Virus record (IMG/VR): IMGVR_UViG_3300020431_000005 | Location: 32,001-96,000 of that record | Strand: one strand, 5' to 3' | Length of the DNA: 64,000 bases | Origin: a virus | Taxonomy: Duplodnaviria > Caudoviricetes | Part shown: one piece after another, positions 47,617-58,117 of the stretch | Numbering within the stretch: position 1 is the stretch's first letter | Layout of the letters: every line of letters begins with the position of its first letter | Notes under the pieces: generated by a model | What the model saw: the letters and a program-made list of their open reading frames with translations, nothing else | Databases searched by the model: none | Told to the model about the DNA's origin: nothing | Translations under genes and position numbers: made by a program

Positions 47617-48038
47617 ATGATGAAATTATAATCCAGTGGAAACAATCTGATATGGTTGAAGTGGTTCTTGGAGAACCAGATGATTTTCTCAAGGTGAGAG
47701 AAACTCTAACACGTATTGGTGTTGCTTCACGTAAAGAAAAAAAGATTTACCAGTCTTGTCATATTTTGCATAAGCAAGGTAAGTATTATATCGTTCACTT
47801 CAAAGAGTTGTTTGCTCTTGATGGTAAAAATACTAACTTGTCTTTAAATGATGTTCAACGTCGTAATCGTATCATTCAATTGCTTAGTGATTGGGGATTG
47901 ATCACTGTTGTTAACCTTGAAACAATTAATGATCTTGCTCCTCTGAATCAAATTAAAGTCTTGTCTTTCAGAGAGAAAGGTGAGTGGACACTTGAGAGTA
48001 AGTACAATATCGGTCGCAAGAAGACTACGGTAGAGTAA
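47613..48038 (+). CDS. regA: Translational repressor RegA
   Basis: DDFLKVRETLTRIG; QSCHILHKQGKYYIVHFKELF. Confidence 0.96.
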   Translation: MNDEIIIQWKQSDMVEVVLGEPDDFLKVRETLTRIGVASRKEKKIYQSCHILHKQGKYYIVHFKELFALDGKNTNLSLNDVQRRNRIIQLLSDWGLITVVNLETINDLAPLNQIKVLSFREKGEWTLESKYNIGRKKTTVE

Positions 48039-48144
48039 ACCGCAATTTTTAATAAGGAAAACCGTTATTAAACTTTAAACGATTGTCGTTAAATAAGAGT
48101 GTGATGCCTAACGGGTCGCATATAAACGTCGCTTATTTAAGGAC

Positions 48145-48549
48145 ATGGTAAACATTAACTGGGAAACATATACTCCCTACTCAATCGGATTTGATGAAAC
48201 ATTCAGCAGACTTGAAGCTATTGCGGGAGGTGGATCAAATTACCCACCTTACAATGTGGTGGACGGACATGATGGCAGAACCTTGCTGGAGGTCGCTCTT
48301 GCAGGATTTTCAGGAGCAGATATTGAAGTTACAACAGAACGAAATGTTCTAACAGTATCTGCTAAGAAAGCACCACCGGATAAAGAACGTAAATATTCCC
48401 ACAAGGGAATTTCATATAGAACATTTTCACGCAACTGGCAAATGGCAGATGATGTAGAAGTGGAAGATGTGAAATTTGAAGATGGTCTTCTTAAAGTTCT
48501 TCTTGTCAAGAACCTACCAGAGAAACAGAAACGAAAAACTTGGTTCTAA
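48145..48549 (+). CDS. hsp20: Small heat-shock protein Hsp20
   Basis: NYPPYN; EVALAGF; HKGIS.R.F; DGLL. Confidence 0.93.
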   Translation: MVNINWETYTPYSIGFDETFSRLEAIAGGGSNYPPYNVVDGHDGRTLLEVALAGFSGADIEVTTERNVLTVSAKKAPPDKERKYSHKGISYRTFSRNWQMADDVEVEDVKFEDGLLKVLLVKNLPEKQKRKTWF

Positions 48550-48559
48550 ATAAAAATGG

Positions 48560-48595
48560 AAGGCACTTGACGGTGCCTTTTTTTAATGCTAAACT
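48560..48595 (+). terminator. Terminator overlapping a sigma70-type promoter
   Basis: AAGGCAC-TTGACG-GTGCCTT plus T run; TTGACG (48567-48572) -17 bp- TAAACT (48590-48595). Confidence 0.75.
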
Positions 48596-48616
48596 TAGAA
48601 GGAATTCATAATAACT

Positions 48617-48976
48617 ATGGCAGTATCAATCTTAACTTTGAAAACTGGCGATCGTGTTATTGCTGAACTGAAAGAAATCTTTGATGGGGAGGGAGACGAC
48701 AAACGTGGAGTTTGTCTCCTCATGGAAGAACCATACGTTCTAAGTTTAGATGGCAGTTCGCCGCAATATCTTACTGAACAAAGTGGATCGGAATATCAAA
48801 TTCGATTTAGTAAGTGGAATCCTTACTCTTCAGACTGGCAGTTTAAGATCCCCTATGATTGTATCATGACAATCAGTAATCCAGAACCTGGATTACAAGA
48901 AGCATACGAAAACAAAATCGCTGAGAAGCTTGAAAAATATGGAAGAGACACAGACACAGACACAACTGAAAGTTAA
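48617..48976 (+). CDS. Sm-like fold hypothetical protein
   Basis: LTLKTGDRVIA...EEPY...IRFSKWNPY...FKIPYDCIMTISNP. Confidence 0.7.
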   Translation: MAVSILTLKTGDRVIAELKEIFDGEGDDKRGVCLLMEEPYVLSLDGSSPQYLTEQSGSEYQIRFSKWNPYSSDWQFKIPYDCIMTISNPEPGLQEAYENKIAEKLEKYGRDTDTDTTES

Positions 48977-49337
48977 TCATTCAGTTCGTATTGCAATTCT
49001 TTCTACTGGAGAAAGAATACTTTGTTTATTTGGCGATGTAAAAGATGATCAGAACAGAACAATAGGGTATAAAGTAATTTATCCTTTTGCTTTGGGTCTT
49101 GGTGATAAAGATGAAAATGGAAACCTTCCAATTAGGTATTCAAAATGGTGTCCCTATACACCAGTTCAAGAGTTTCGTATTAACGGCGAACATATTATCA
49201 GTGTAACATATCCAGATAATGCTATCTTGGAAAATTATGTTTCTGAACTTGAAGAATATGGGTTGACCAAAGATCAAATTTTTTATCCTGAGGAATCTAA
49301 TGGAGATAACAGCGAACCTGCTGAAACTGCAGAATGA
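48939..49337 (+). CDS. Sm-like fold hypothetical protein
   Basis: ILSTGERILC...YPF...IRYSKWCPY...FRINGEHIISVTYP. Confidence 0.7.
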   Translation: MEETQTQTQLKVNHSVRIAILSTGERILCLFGDVKDDQNRTIGYKVIYPFALGLGDKDENGNLPIRYSKWCPYTPVQEFRINGEHIISVTYPDNAILENYVSELEEYGLTKDQIFYPEESNGDNSEPAETAE

Positions 49338-49557
49338 GTGGATTATCGCTCAGGTAGAACCTGCTGAGGGTGACACTATACCAGGTGACCCTGACGTGTG
49401 GATGATCGAACCTTATGTGGTAGACTGTGAAGGTCAAATAAATCAATGGGCTCCTCATGCTGCTGAACGTGAATTCAACGTTAGGTCTTCTGACCTGACT
49501 GTTGTGACCAATCCAAGCAAGGCACTCCTTGCTCGTTATATCGAATCTCTTGAATGA
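49300..49557 (+). CDS. Sm-like fold hypothetical protein
   Basis: LLKLQNEWIIA...IEPY...QWAPH...FNVRSSDLTVVTNP. Confidence 0.65.
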   Translation: MEITANLLKLQNEWIIAQVEPAEGDTIPGDPDVWMIEPYVVDCEGQINQWAPHAAEREFNVRSSDLTVVTNPSKALLARYIESLE

Positions 49558-52046
49558 AGTTTTACACTAGTGTTGAGCAAGCAGGCAATCGTCTGCTTGT
49601 ACGTGGTTATGAGAATGGCAATCGCTACAGCGTAAGGGTTCCGTTTAGTCCCACGATGTACTTGCCTAGTAAAAATTATTCTGAGTGGAAAACACTAGAA
49701 GGTGATTGTGTAGAACCACATAAGTTTGGTTCTATCAATGATGCCCGTGAATTTATCAAACAGTATAAAGAAGTTGATGACTTTGATATCTATGGAAACT
49801 CTCGTTTCCTGTATCAATACATTGCAGAGCAGCATCCTGAAGAGGAACTAAAGTTTGATAGTAGTAAGATCCGTGTCTTTACTATTGACATCGAGACTGC
49901 TGCTGAGAATGGTTTCCCTGACATCGAGACGGCAGACCAAGAGATCCTTGCTATCAGTATCAAGGACTCCTTCAGCGGTCGTATAACGGTCTTTGGTGCC
50001 CGTCCTTTTAACAACCAAGACAAGATGGTTGACTACATGCACTTCAGGTCTGAGGAGACTATGATGGGTGCTTTCCTTGACTTCTGGCAACAGAACTACC
50101 CTGATGTTGTTACGGGGTGGAACTGTCAACTGTTTGATATGCCATACATCCATAATCGTATCAATCGTATTATGGGTGAGAAGTTTGTGAAGTTGTTGTC
50201 GCCTTGGAAACTTGTGTCGCAGCGTGAGATCTTTATCAAAGGTCGTAAGAACTTCTCTATCGATATGCTTGGCATCTCGCAACTTGATTACCTTGAGTTG
50301 TATAAGAAGTTTACTTATACCAACCAAGAATCATATCGTCTGGACCATATTGCTTTTGTTGAACTTGGATCTAAGAAACTAGATCACTCAGAGTTTGATA
50401 CATTCAAAGAGTTCTATGAGGGAGACTGGCAGAAGTTTATTGAATACAACATTCATGACGTTCGTCTGGTAGATCAACTAGATGATAAGATGAAGTTAGT
50501 TGAACTCGCATACACTATGGCATATGATGCTAAGGTAAATTACGAGGATGTATTCTCACAGGTTCGTATGTGGGATAACTACATCTATTGTGAACTGCTT
50601 AGGCGTAAGATTGCTATTCCTCCCAAGAAGGAAAGCGCAACTAAAACAGAGAAGTATGCGGGGGCATATGTTAAAGAACCGAAGCCTGGATTCTATGATT
50701 GGGTGGTGTCTTTTGATCTCAACTCTCTGTATCCTCATCTCATTATGCAGTACAACATCTCGCCCGAGACCCTTCTTGACAAGAGACATTCAACAGCAAC
50801 TGTTGATAAGATCCTTGATAAAGAACTAGAGATTGATGGTGAGTATGCTGTGTGTGCTAATGGAGCTCAGTATCGTAAAGATAAGCACGGGTTCCTGCCA
50901 CAAATGATGAAGAAGATGTATGACAGTCGTGTTATATTCAAGAAGAGAATGATCAAGGCAAAGCAACAGTATGAGAAGACTCCTACTGTTGAACTCATGA
51001 AAGAGATCGCCCGTTGTAATAACATCCAAATGGCAAAGAAGATTTCTTTGAACTCTGCTTATGGTGCTATTGGCAACGAACACTTTAGATACTATCGTCT
51101 TGCTAATGCTGAGGCTATCACTTTATCTGGTCAGGTTTCTATCAGGTGGATTGAATCTAAAATGAATGGGTATCTAAATACTCTTTTGCAAACGGAGAAG
51201 GTAGATTATGTCATCGCTAGCGATACCGACTCGATCTATCTTAATCTTGGACCTCTTGTTGATAAATTTTTTGCTAATAAGTCTAGCGATAAAGCAGCAA
51301 TTGTTTCAATACTTGATAAGATCTGTGAAGACAAGTTGGAACCATTCATCGAATCCTCTTATCAGGAACTTGCGGATTACGTTGCGGCGTATGATCAAAA
51401 GATGAGTATGAAGCGTGAGAACATCGCTGATCGTGGTATTTGGACTGCGAAAAAGCGTTATATTCTCAACGTATGGGACAGTGAAGGGGTTAGATATAAC
51501 GAGCCCAAGATGAAGATTATGGGTCTTGAGACTGCGAGGTCTTCTACTCCAGCGTACTTTAGGGATAAGTTATATGCAGCGTTTAAGATTATTATCGGCA
51601 AAACAAATGATGAACTTATCGATTTCATCAATGTCGTGCGAGCAGAAACCAGACTGCGACCCTACGAAGAAGTCGCCTTCCCCAGAGGAGTTAACAATCT
51701 GGCAAAGTATCGCCACCCAAATGAGATTTACCAGAAAGGAACACCCATTGCAGTGAGAGGTGCTCTACTCTACAACTACTATGTTAAAAAACATAAGGTA
51801 GAGAACAAGCATCCTCTTATTCAGGAAGGTGAAAAGATCAAGTTCATGTATCTTAAGACACCCAACCCTCTTCATGAAAACGTGATTAGTTTCTTTGGTG
51901 AGTTGCCTAAGGAGTTTGGTATTGAGAAGTATGTAGACTACCAGACACAATTTGAAAAGTCTTTTCTCGAACCGCTCAAGAATGTGCTATACTGTGTCGG
52001 GTGGCAACACGAGAAAACCATTACCATTACGAGTTTCTTTGGATGA
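49554..52046 (+). CDS. g43: DNA polymerase gp43 (family B)
   Basis: Exonuclease DIET; SFDLNSLYP; KISLNSAYG; SDTDS; C-terminal clamp-binding TSFFG. Confidence 0.98.
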   Translation: MKFYTSVEQAGNRLLVRGYENGNRYSVRVPFSPTMYLPSKNYSEWKTLEGDCVEPHKFGSINDAREFIKQYKEVDDFDIYGNSRFLYQYIAEQHPEEELKFDSSKIRVFTIDIETAAENGFPDIETADQEILAISIKDSFSGRITVFGARPFNNQDKMVDYMHFRSEETMMGAFLDFWQQNYPDVVTGWNCQLFDMPYIHNRINRIMGEKFVKLLSPWKLVSQREIFIKGRKNFSIDMLGISQLDYLELYKKFTYTNQESYRLDHIAFVELGSKKLDHSEFDTFKEFYEGDWQKFIEYNIHDVRLVDQLDDKMKLVELAYTMAYDAKVNYEDVFSQVRMWDNYIYCELLRRKIAIPPKKESATKTEKYAGAYVKEPKPGFYDWVVSFDLNSLYPHLIMQYNISPETLLDKRHSTATVDKILDKELEIDGEYAVCANGAQYRKDKHGFLPQMMKKMYDSRVIFKKRMIKAKQQYEKTPTVELMKEIARCNNIQMAKKISLNSAYGAIGNEHFRYYRLANAEAITLSGQVSIRWIESKMNGYLNTLLQTEKVDYVIASDTDSIYLNLGPLVDKFFANKSSDKAAIVSILDKICEDKLEPFIESSYQELADYVAAYDQKMSMKRENIADRGIWTAKKRYILNVWDSEGVRYNEPKMKIMGLETARSSTPAYFRDKLYAAFKIIIGKTNDELIDFINVVRAETRLRPYEEVAFPRGVNNLAKYRHPNEIYQKGTPIAVRGALLYNYYVKKHKVENKHPLIQEGEKIKFMYLKTPNPLHENVISFFGELPKEFGIEKYVDYQTQFEKSFLEPLKNVLYCVGWQHEKTITITSFFG

Positions 52047-52219
52047 GTAAGAGAATTTTTGTTGTGACATGGACTAACCATCTTGTCGGTCAAGTAGGAC
52101 CAGAGGACATCAAGTGCTTTGAGGACTACAAAACTGCCTGTGGGTTTGCTAAACTCATGGGTAAGTCTTATAATTATGTAAACTTTTACGAGGAGAATGT
52201 AGAAAAATGGGATTCCTAG
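52043..52219 (+). CDS. Small hypothetical protein
   Basis: [13 protein letters not shown]...; ATGA overlap with g43. Confidence 0.6.
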   Translation: MSKRIFVVTWTNHLVGQVGPEDIKCFEDYKTACGFAKLMGKSYNYVNFYEENVEKWDS

Positions 52220-53220
52220 ACACAGTAATTAGGGATAGTGGCAATGAGTTTGCTAGTCGTGTTAGTGAAGGGGTTGCTGCTGGCGACATTACATCTTACG
52301 TTGATACTGGGTCTTATATTTTTAATGCCCTGGTTAGTGGTTCGTTGTTTGGAGGTTTACCCGCCAATAAAGTTACTGCCTTGGCAGGAGAATCAAGCAC
52401 TGGTAAGACTTTTTTTGCTCTCAGCGTCGTTAGTAATTTCCTTGCTGCTAATCCTACGGGTGGAGTCATTTATTTTGAGTCTGAATCTGCTATCTCGCGT
52501 GATATGATTGAGACTCGCGGTATTGATTCTAAGCGTATGATCATCATGCCTGTCGCAACGATTGAAGAGTTCCGGACACAAGCTTGTCGTATCCTAGACA
52601 AGTATATTAAAGAACCTAAAGACGAGAGGGTTCCTATGCTGTTTGTGTTAGACTCTCTTGGTATGCTTTCAACATCCAAGGAGATGGAAGACGTTGCTAA
52701 TGATAAGCAGGTCAGGGACATGACTAAGAGTCAGTTAATCAAGGGTGCCTTTCGTGTGCTTACCCTCAAACTAGGACAGGCATCTGTTCCTATGATTGTG
52801 ACCAACCATACATATGATGTTATCGGTTCTTATGTTCCGATGAAAGAAATGGGTGGGGGAACAGGTCTTAAGTATGCTGCTTCCACAATCATTTATCTTG
52901 GTAAGAAGAAAGAGAAAGATGGCACTGAATTAGTAGGTAACATCATCAAGTGTGAGGCAAAGAAATCTCGTTTAACAAAAGAAGGTAGTAAAATTGAGAC
53001 ACGTTTGTTCTTTGATGAACGTGGACTTGACAAATACTATGGACTATTGGAACTGGGTGAGAAGTATGGAGTCTTTGAGAAAGTTGGAAATCGTATTAAG
53101 ATTGACGGCACCTCTGTATATCCCAAATCAATTCTTGCAGATCCCGAGAAGTATTTCACAGAAGAAGTAATGGTTAAACTTGAAGAAGCAGCACAGCAAG
53201 AATTCTCCTATGGCAACTGA
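52207..53220 (+). CDS. uvsX: RecA-like recombinase UvsX
   Basis: [10 protein letters not shown]; GESSTGKT; LDSLGML; MGGGTG. Confidence 0.96.
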   Translation: MGFLDTVIRDSGNEFASRVSEGVAAGDITSYVDTGSYIFNALVSGSLFGGLPANKVTALAGESSTGKTFFALSVVSNFLAANPTGGVIYFESESAISRDMIETRGIDSKRMIIMPVATIEEFRTQACRILDKYIKEPKDERVPMLFVLDSLGMLSTSKEMEDVANDKQVRDMTKSQLIKGAFRVLTLKLGQASVPMIVTNHTYDVIGSYVPMKEMGGGTGLKYAASTIIYLGKKKEKDGTELVGNIIKCEAKKSRLTKEGSKIETRLFFDERGLDKYYGLLELGEKYGVFEKVGNRIKIDGTSVYPKSILADPEKYFTEEVMVKLEEAAQQEFSYGN

Positions 53221-54598
53221 GCGCATTCAACAAACTATCTTACGTAATCTCATCTTCACTGAAGAGTATTATCGTAAAGTAGTCCCTTTCCTAAAAGCAG
53301 ATTATTTTGAGGAGTATCATGAGAAAGTTATCTTTGAAGAGATCGCTGACTTTGCTGGTAAGTACGACAAGGTTCCTACTCAGGAAGTCTTATCGATTAA
53401 TCTCCAGAATCGTAATGATCTTACTGACGAAACGTTCAGAGATTCGTTATCGACAATACGAGGACTTACCGATGAATGGGTTGACTACGAGTGGCTCCTC
53501 GACGCAACTGAAAAGTGGTGTCAAGACAGAGCAATCTATCTCGCCCTTATGTCCTCGATCAAGATCGCAGATGGAGGTGATAAAAAAATATCAAAGGATG
53601 CGATCCCAGGTATCTTACAAGAGGCCCTGGCAGTATCGTTCGACGAACACATAGGACACGACTACATTGAACAAGCAAAAGACCGCTATGAATTCTACCA
53701 TCGTAAAGAGGAGAAGGTTCCCTTTGATCTCGAAAAGTTTAACTATATCACGAAAGGTGGTATCTCTAACAAGACTCTCAGTGTCGCTCTTGCTGGAACG
53801 GGTGTCGGCAAGTCTCTATTCATGTGCCATTGCGCTGGTGCCGCACTCACGCAAGGGAGGAACGTACTCTATATTACATGTGAAATGGCAGAGGAGAAAA
53901 TTGCTGAACGAATTGACGCAAATCTTTTAAATGTTTCTATCAAAGATATTGCTGAACTACCTGAAGTTATCTTCAATTCTAAAGTTCAGGAGATCTCTAG
54001 GAAGACTAGAGGCAAACTTATTATCAAAGAGTATCCCACAGCATCAGCACATGCGGGTCACTTTAAATCACTTCTAAGTGATTTGTCTCTCAAGAGGGAT
54101 TTTAAACCAGATATAATCTACATTGATTATCTGAACATCTGTGCATCAGCGAGGTATAAAGGTGCGATTGTCAATTCTTACACGTATGTCAAAGCGATTG
54201 CTGAGGAGCTTCGGGGTCTTGCTGTGGAATGTAATGTTCCTATTGTCACAGCTACTCAAACTACTCGCAGTGGTTATGGCAATAGTGATCCTGACCTTAC
54301 CGATACTTCTGAGTCTTTTGGTTTGCCTGCCACTGCTGACTTTATGTTTGCTCTTATCAGCACTGATGAGCTTGAACAACAGGGTCGCATCATGGTCAAA
54401 CAACTTAAGAACAGATACAACGAAACCGCTGCCTCACGAAAATTCATGGTGGGAATTGACAGATCCAAGATGAGGCTGTATGATGTAGCGGAGGATGCTT
54501 CTGATATTAGCATCGACCAAGAGGACCCTGGTGAAGAGTTCTCACAATTTGCCCAAACACAAAACCGACTATCTAAATTTGCTGAGTGGAATGTATGA
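53210..54598 (+). CDS. g41: Replicative helicase gp41
   Basis: AGTGVGKS; IDYLNI; ATQTTR; [11 protein letters not shown]; KQLKNRY. Confidence 0.96.
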   Translation: MATERIQQTILRNLIFTEEYYRKVVPFLKADYFEEYHEKVIFEEIADFAGKYDKVPTQEVLSINLQNRNDLTDETFRDSLSTIRGLTDEWVDYEWLLDATEKWCQDRAIYLALMSSIKIADGGDKKISKDAIPGILQEALAVSFDEHIGHDYIEQAKDRYEFYHRKEEKVPFDLEKFNYITKGGISNKTLSVALAGTGVGKSLFMCHCAGAALTQGRNVLYITCEMAEEKIAERIDANLLNVSIKDIAELPEVIFNSKVQEISRKTRGKLIIKEYPTASAHAGHFKSLLSDLSLKRDFKPDIIYIDYLNICASARYKGAIVNSYTYVKAIAEELRGLAVECNVPIVTATQTTRSGYGNSDPDLTDTSESFGLPATADFMFALISTDELEQQGRIMVKQLKNRYNETAASRKFMVGIDRSKMRLYDVAEDASDISIDQEDPGEEFSQFAQTQNRLSKFAEWNV

Positions 54599-54999
54599 CT
54601 ATTAATTTTGACCGTTATGAAGAATTTGTTTCAGCAGTTACTTCAGAAGCTTCTACAAACTTTGTTGATTTCGCTGACCGTATTGGTGATCTGGATCGAC
54701 AAGGTGCCAATATTGAGAGACTGCTTACTGCTGGGGTTGGAATTAATGCTGAGGGCGGTGAGTTCCTTGAGATCATTAAAAAAATGGTCTTCCAAGGAAA
54801 ACCGTGGAACGAAGATAATCGTGAGCATCTCATTATTGAGTTGGGTGACGTTATGTGGTACGTTGCTCAAGCTACAATGGCACTTGATATATCCTTTGAT
54901 GAGGTAATTGAAACTAACGTTAACAAACTGAAGAAGCGTTATCCTGGCGGTGAGTTTAATGTTCATAATTCAGAAGTTCGTGCTGCTGGCGACAGATAA
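54595..54999 (+). CDS. mazG: MazG nucleotide pyrophosphohydrolase
   Basis: AEGGEFLEIIKK; ELGDVMWY; KLKKRYP. Confidence 0.92.
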   Translation: MTINFDRYEEFVSAVTSEASTNFVDFADRIGDLDRQGANIERLLTAGVGINAEGGEFLEIIKKMVFQGKPWNEDNREHLIIELGDVMWYVAQATMALDISFDEVIETNVNKLKKRYPGGEFNVHNSEVRAAGDR

Positions 55000-55196
55000 T
55001 GCTTAGTCTCTGGATCCACTTGGTAGCATTCTTTCAAGTTGTGGTAGTGAATTGTATTCATCCTGCCAACTGGCAGTATTGCTATCGAGTAGACCAGTGG
55101 CTCTTGCCAGAAGTCAAGGAAGGGTATAAACTATGGACAGGACAGACAACCCCCTATCAAAGTGAACAAAATTATCTCGACCTCCCCTCTAAATAG
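54999..55196 (+). CDS. Small membrane/secreted hypothetical protein
   Basis: Hydrophobic N-terminus; C..PANW..C..VDQWL. Confidence 0.6.
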   Translation: MLSLWIHLVAFFQVVVVNCIHPANWQYCYRVDQWLLPEVKEGYKLWTGQTTPYQSEQNYLDLPSK

Positions 55197-55213
55197 TTAG
55201 ACGGGAGGTTTTC
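55180..55213 (+). promoter_or_regulatory. Hairpin holding the late promoter CTAAATA and sequestering the GGGAGG RBS of the next gene
   Basis: ACCTCCC-C-TCTAA-ATAG-TTAGA-C-GGGAGGT, then TTTC; ATG at 55216. Confidence 0.8.
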
Positions 55214-55215
55214 TT

Positions 55216-56361
55216 ATGGCATTTAATAGCATACCTAAAAACTCCTCTGAAATGAGAGCTCTTGCTGGGAGTAGTATTGAAAAGAAATACAGAGGACCAA
55301 TTATTCATTTTTACAACCATATTAAAAAGCACTATGGTATAGAAGATGCGTTGGCATTTAATCCTAAAACTAACGCAGGTAAGAGTTGTAAAATTATGCG
55401 TGGTTTGAAAGGAACAGTTGATGTAACAAAGGTTAAGAGACAGGTAGGATTGGATACTAATTTTAAAATTACTTGGGGTGATGGTAGTAGAGGTAATCGT
55501 GGCACAGGTAATAGAGGTAATTTATTTGAGGGGCAACTTGAGAACGGATTGAATGATTGGATTGAGACTGGAGAATACTCTGACAATCCATATAAAAATC
55601 TTATTGCTGATCTAATAAAATACTATGACCTTGAAGATTGTCAGATTGTAGGGGTTCAAGAAGAAGGTAGTCAAAATAAAGGAAGACCACTGAAATATGA
55701 AAATGGAAATTGGAAAGTTGGTGATGCTGATGGATCTCATTATGATATTGGATCCACCGTTACAGACCTTACACTGACAACAAAGAAAGGATCTAAAAAA
55801 AGTGTTATCTATCTTTCTCTTAAAACTAGTGGCACTACTACCATGTCTAACTTGGGAGTAAAGAAAATATTTACCAAGGATGAAATACAGAAAGGTGTTA
55901 TTGAAACTGATGTAGGATTAAAAGTTTTAGAAACTTTTGGTATTAATAACGATAGATTTTGTAGAATTTTTAATGAAGCAGCAATGGGTAGAGTTAGAAG
56001 TGGTGGAAATGATCCTAATCCACAATTTAATAGAACTTTGTTACAGGGTATGATTCGTGGATCTATTGGATATGGATATCACTATACACATAAACAAGGA
56101 AATAAAATTAAAAACTTTCCTATGACAAAGCAGTTGTGTGATCGTGCTACTAGTATCACTTCTGTAACTGTCCACTATGGAGGTAAGACTGGGACAGGAC
56201 AGCGTGTTGATATCACGGTCAACACACCCATCATGGAACTTAAGTTTAATATTCGTGACACTAGCGGCAGTGCGGACCCATGGCCTGATAAACTACAGTC
56301 AGCATACAAGTTTGATGGTGAAGCTGTGTTCAGTGTTCCTGAGGATGGATACGTAGACTAA
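55216..56361 (+). CDS. Hypothetical protein, possible PD-(D/E)XK nuclease-like fold
   Basis: GNLFE ... TVTDLTL ... IYLSLK arrangement. Confidence 0.5.
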   Translation: MAFNSIPKNSSEMRALAGSSIEKKYRGPIIHFYNHIKKHYGIEDALAFNPKTNAGKSCKIMRGLKGTVDVTKVKRQVGLDTNFKITWGDGSRGNRGTGNRGNLFEGQLENGLNDWIETGEYSDNPYKNLIADLIKYYDLEDCQIVGVQEEGSQNKGRPLKYENGNWKVGDADGSHYDIGSTVTDLTLTTKKGSKKSVIYLSLKTSGTTTMSNLGVKKIFTKDEIQKGVIETDVGLKVLETFGINNDRFCRIFNEAAMGRVRSGGNDPNPQFNRTLLQGMIRGSIGYGYHYTHKQGNKIKNFPMTKQLCDRATSITSVTVHYGGKTGTGQRVDITVNTPIMELKFNIRDTSGSADPWPDKLQSAYKFDGEAVFSVPEDGYVD

Positions 56362-57563
56362 TGGCAAACATTAAACAGCTCAAGCACCTAGAGCACTTGG
56401 AAGATGAGATGCTGAACTACGGCGTCGATGGGTGTAAGGCAGCAGTATCATTTCTTAAAGAACTCCGCAAGATGTTGGGTCAGCAAGAGAGTGGTGGTTT
56501 TATGCAGACTAAGTGGGACGGTGCTCCTTCTGTTATCTGTGGTATGGATCCTCTCGCTGATATCTTTTTTGTGGGAACTAAGTCTGTATTTAATAAAGAC
56601 ACTCCTAAAATTTGTTATTCGGAAGAAGATGTTGACTCCATGTATAGTGGAGACCTCGCAGAAAAACTTAAGTTTTCATACAGGTATTTTAGTAAACTTG
56701 GTATCAAGGGAGTTATCCAAGGAGATCTTCTTTACACTTCTGATATTAGAAAAGAAACTGTAGATGGAGAATTACTATACACTTTTAGACCTAACACTAT
56801 TACCTATGGTATTCCTGTAGATCATCCTATTGGTAAAGCAGCAGGTAAATCCAAGATTGGTGTAGTATTTCATACTCATTATCAGGGAACTGACTTGCCT
56901 ACTATGCAAGCACTGGCAGGAGCTCCTGTCGATACTTATAATGATATTCCTGAAGTTTTACTTGTCAAAAATGATACTCCTATGGATAGGGTTGGGTTCT
57001 CTAGAGCAGAGATGTCTAAATTCAATAACTATATTTCAAAAATTGAACGTATGTGTGGCATCTGTGGTGATTTTTTAGATGAATTAGTTGCTAAGACAGG
57101 TACTACTGGTGATTCTAAGTTCCACATCGCATCTTATCTAAAGCAGTTCTTTAATAATGAGATTAAGAATGCTCGTAGTATTGTCAGAATTGATGAGACG
57201 ATGTATGACATGCTTAACTTCTATGAAGAGAAAACAAATAAAGAACTTGCCAAAATTAAAACAGTTGCGAACCTGACTAAGAAGAGATCTCTTGTATATG
57301 ATAGTCAGAACTACGTAGTAGATAATGTATACAAGTTTAAAGCAATGCTTACTCTGTATAAAGAACTCCAAGCAGTCAAGCAAATGGTTATAGATAAACT
57401 GGACCACCTGGAAGAGTTTAGAACATTCGTTCAAACTGACAAGGGATATAAGGTTACAACTCCCGAAGGGTATGTCTTACATAAAGACGGTGATATGATT
57501 AAGTTTGTCAACCGTATGGAGTTTGCTTACAATAACTTCACCCTACAGAAGCAATGGCGTTAA
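56361..57563 (+). CDS. ATP-dependent ligase-like nucleotidyltransferase (DUF6267-like)
   Basis: HLEHLED; motif I TKWDG; IQGDLLY; EGYVL; IKFVNR. Confidence 0.7.
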   Translation: MANIKQLKHLEHLEDEMLNYGVDGCKAAVSFLKELRKMLGQQESGGFMQTKWDGAPSVICGMDPLADIFFVGTKSVFNKDTPKICYSEEDVDSMYSGDLAEKLKFSYRYFSKLGIKGVIQGDLLYTSDIRKETVDGELLYTFRPNTITYGIPVDHPIGKAAGKSKIGVVFHTHYQGTDLPTMQALAGAPVDTYNDIPEVLLVKNDTPMDRVGFSRAEMSKFNNYISKIERMCGICGDFLDELVAKTGTTGDSKFHIASYLKQFFNNEIKNARSIVRIDETMYDMLNFYEEKTNKELAKIKTVANLTKKRSLVYDSQNYVVDNVYKFKAMLTLYKELQAVKQMVIDKLDHLEEFRTFVQTDKGYKVTTPEGYVLHKDGDMIKFVNRMEFAYNNFTLQKQWR

Positions 57564-58117
57564 ATTGTAATACTTGCTACTTTACATTTGGTAGGTTTCA
57601 ACCACCTACTACAGGACACAAAGATAACTTTGATGGGGTGAAACGTATCGCAGGTAGTCATGACTATCGGATCTATATTTCTCAAACATTTGATACTAAA
57701 GGTAAGAACCCCTTACCACCTGATCGTAAATTGTATTACATGAACTTGATGTTTCCAGAACATCGTGGTAAGATAATATCTGGACCCAAAGATCCTGTTG
57801 CTATTATGCAAGACTTAATGTTGGCAGGATATAATGAAGTTGTATTTTTAGTTGGATCTGATCGTGTTAGTGCGATGCAGTTCTTACACAGATACAATGG
57901 CAAAGACTTCTCGTTCAGAAAGATCGAGATACAATCTTCTGGTAGCAGAGATGCTGATGGAGATACCTTTGCTATTTCTGGAACGAAGATGAGACGTGCG
58001 GCATTTGCTGACGACTTTAAAACATTTCGTTCTGGTATTCCCAGAGCATTGAATGATAAACAGTGCCAGAAAATGATGGAAGAGATACAATCAAATCTAC
58101 CTGCGAATTTTAAATGA
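57554..58117 (+). CDS. HIGH-superfamily (cytidylyl/adenylyl-transferase-like) protein
   Basis: FGRFQPPTTGH; VGSDR; ISGTKMR. Confidence 0.85.
   Translation: MALNCNTCYFTFGRFQPPTTGHKDNFDGVKRIAGSHDYRIYISQTFDTKGKNPLPPDRKLYYMNLMFPEHRGKIISGPKDPVAIMQDLMLAGYNEVVFLVGSDRVSAMQFLHRYNGKDFSFRKIEIQSSGSRDADGDTFAISGTKMRRAAFADDFKTFRSGIPRALNDKQCQKMMEEIQSNLPANFK

Noticed and set aside
49554-52046. Intron, intein or split in g43 (also checked g17, g41 and nrdA)
   Set aside because: ORFs are continuous with normal lengths; the TGACATCGAGAC duplication near 49886/49919 just encodes DIET twice
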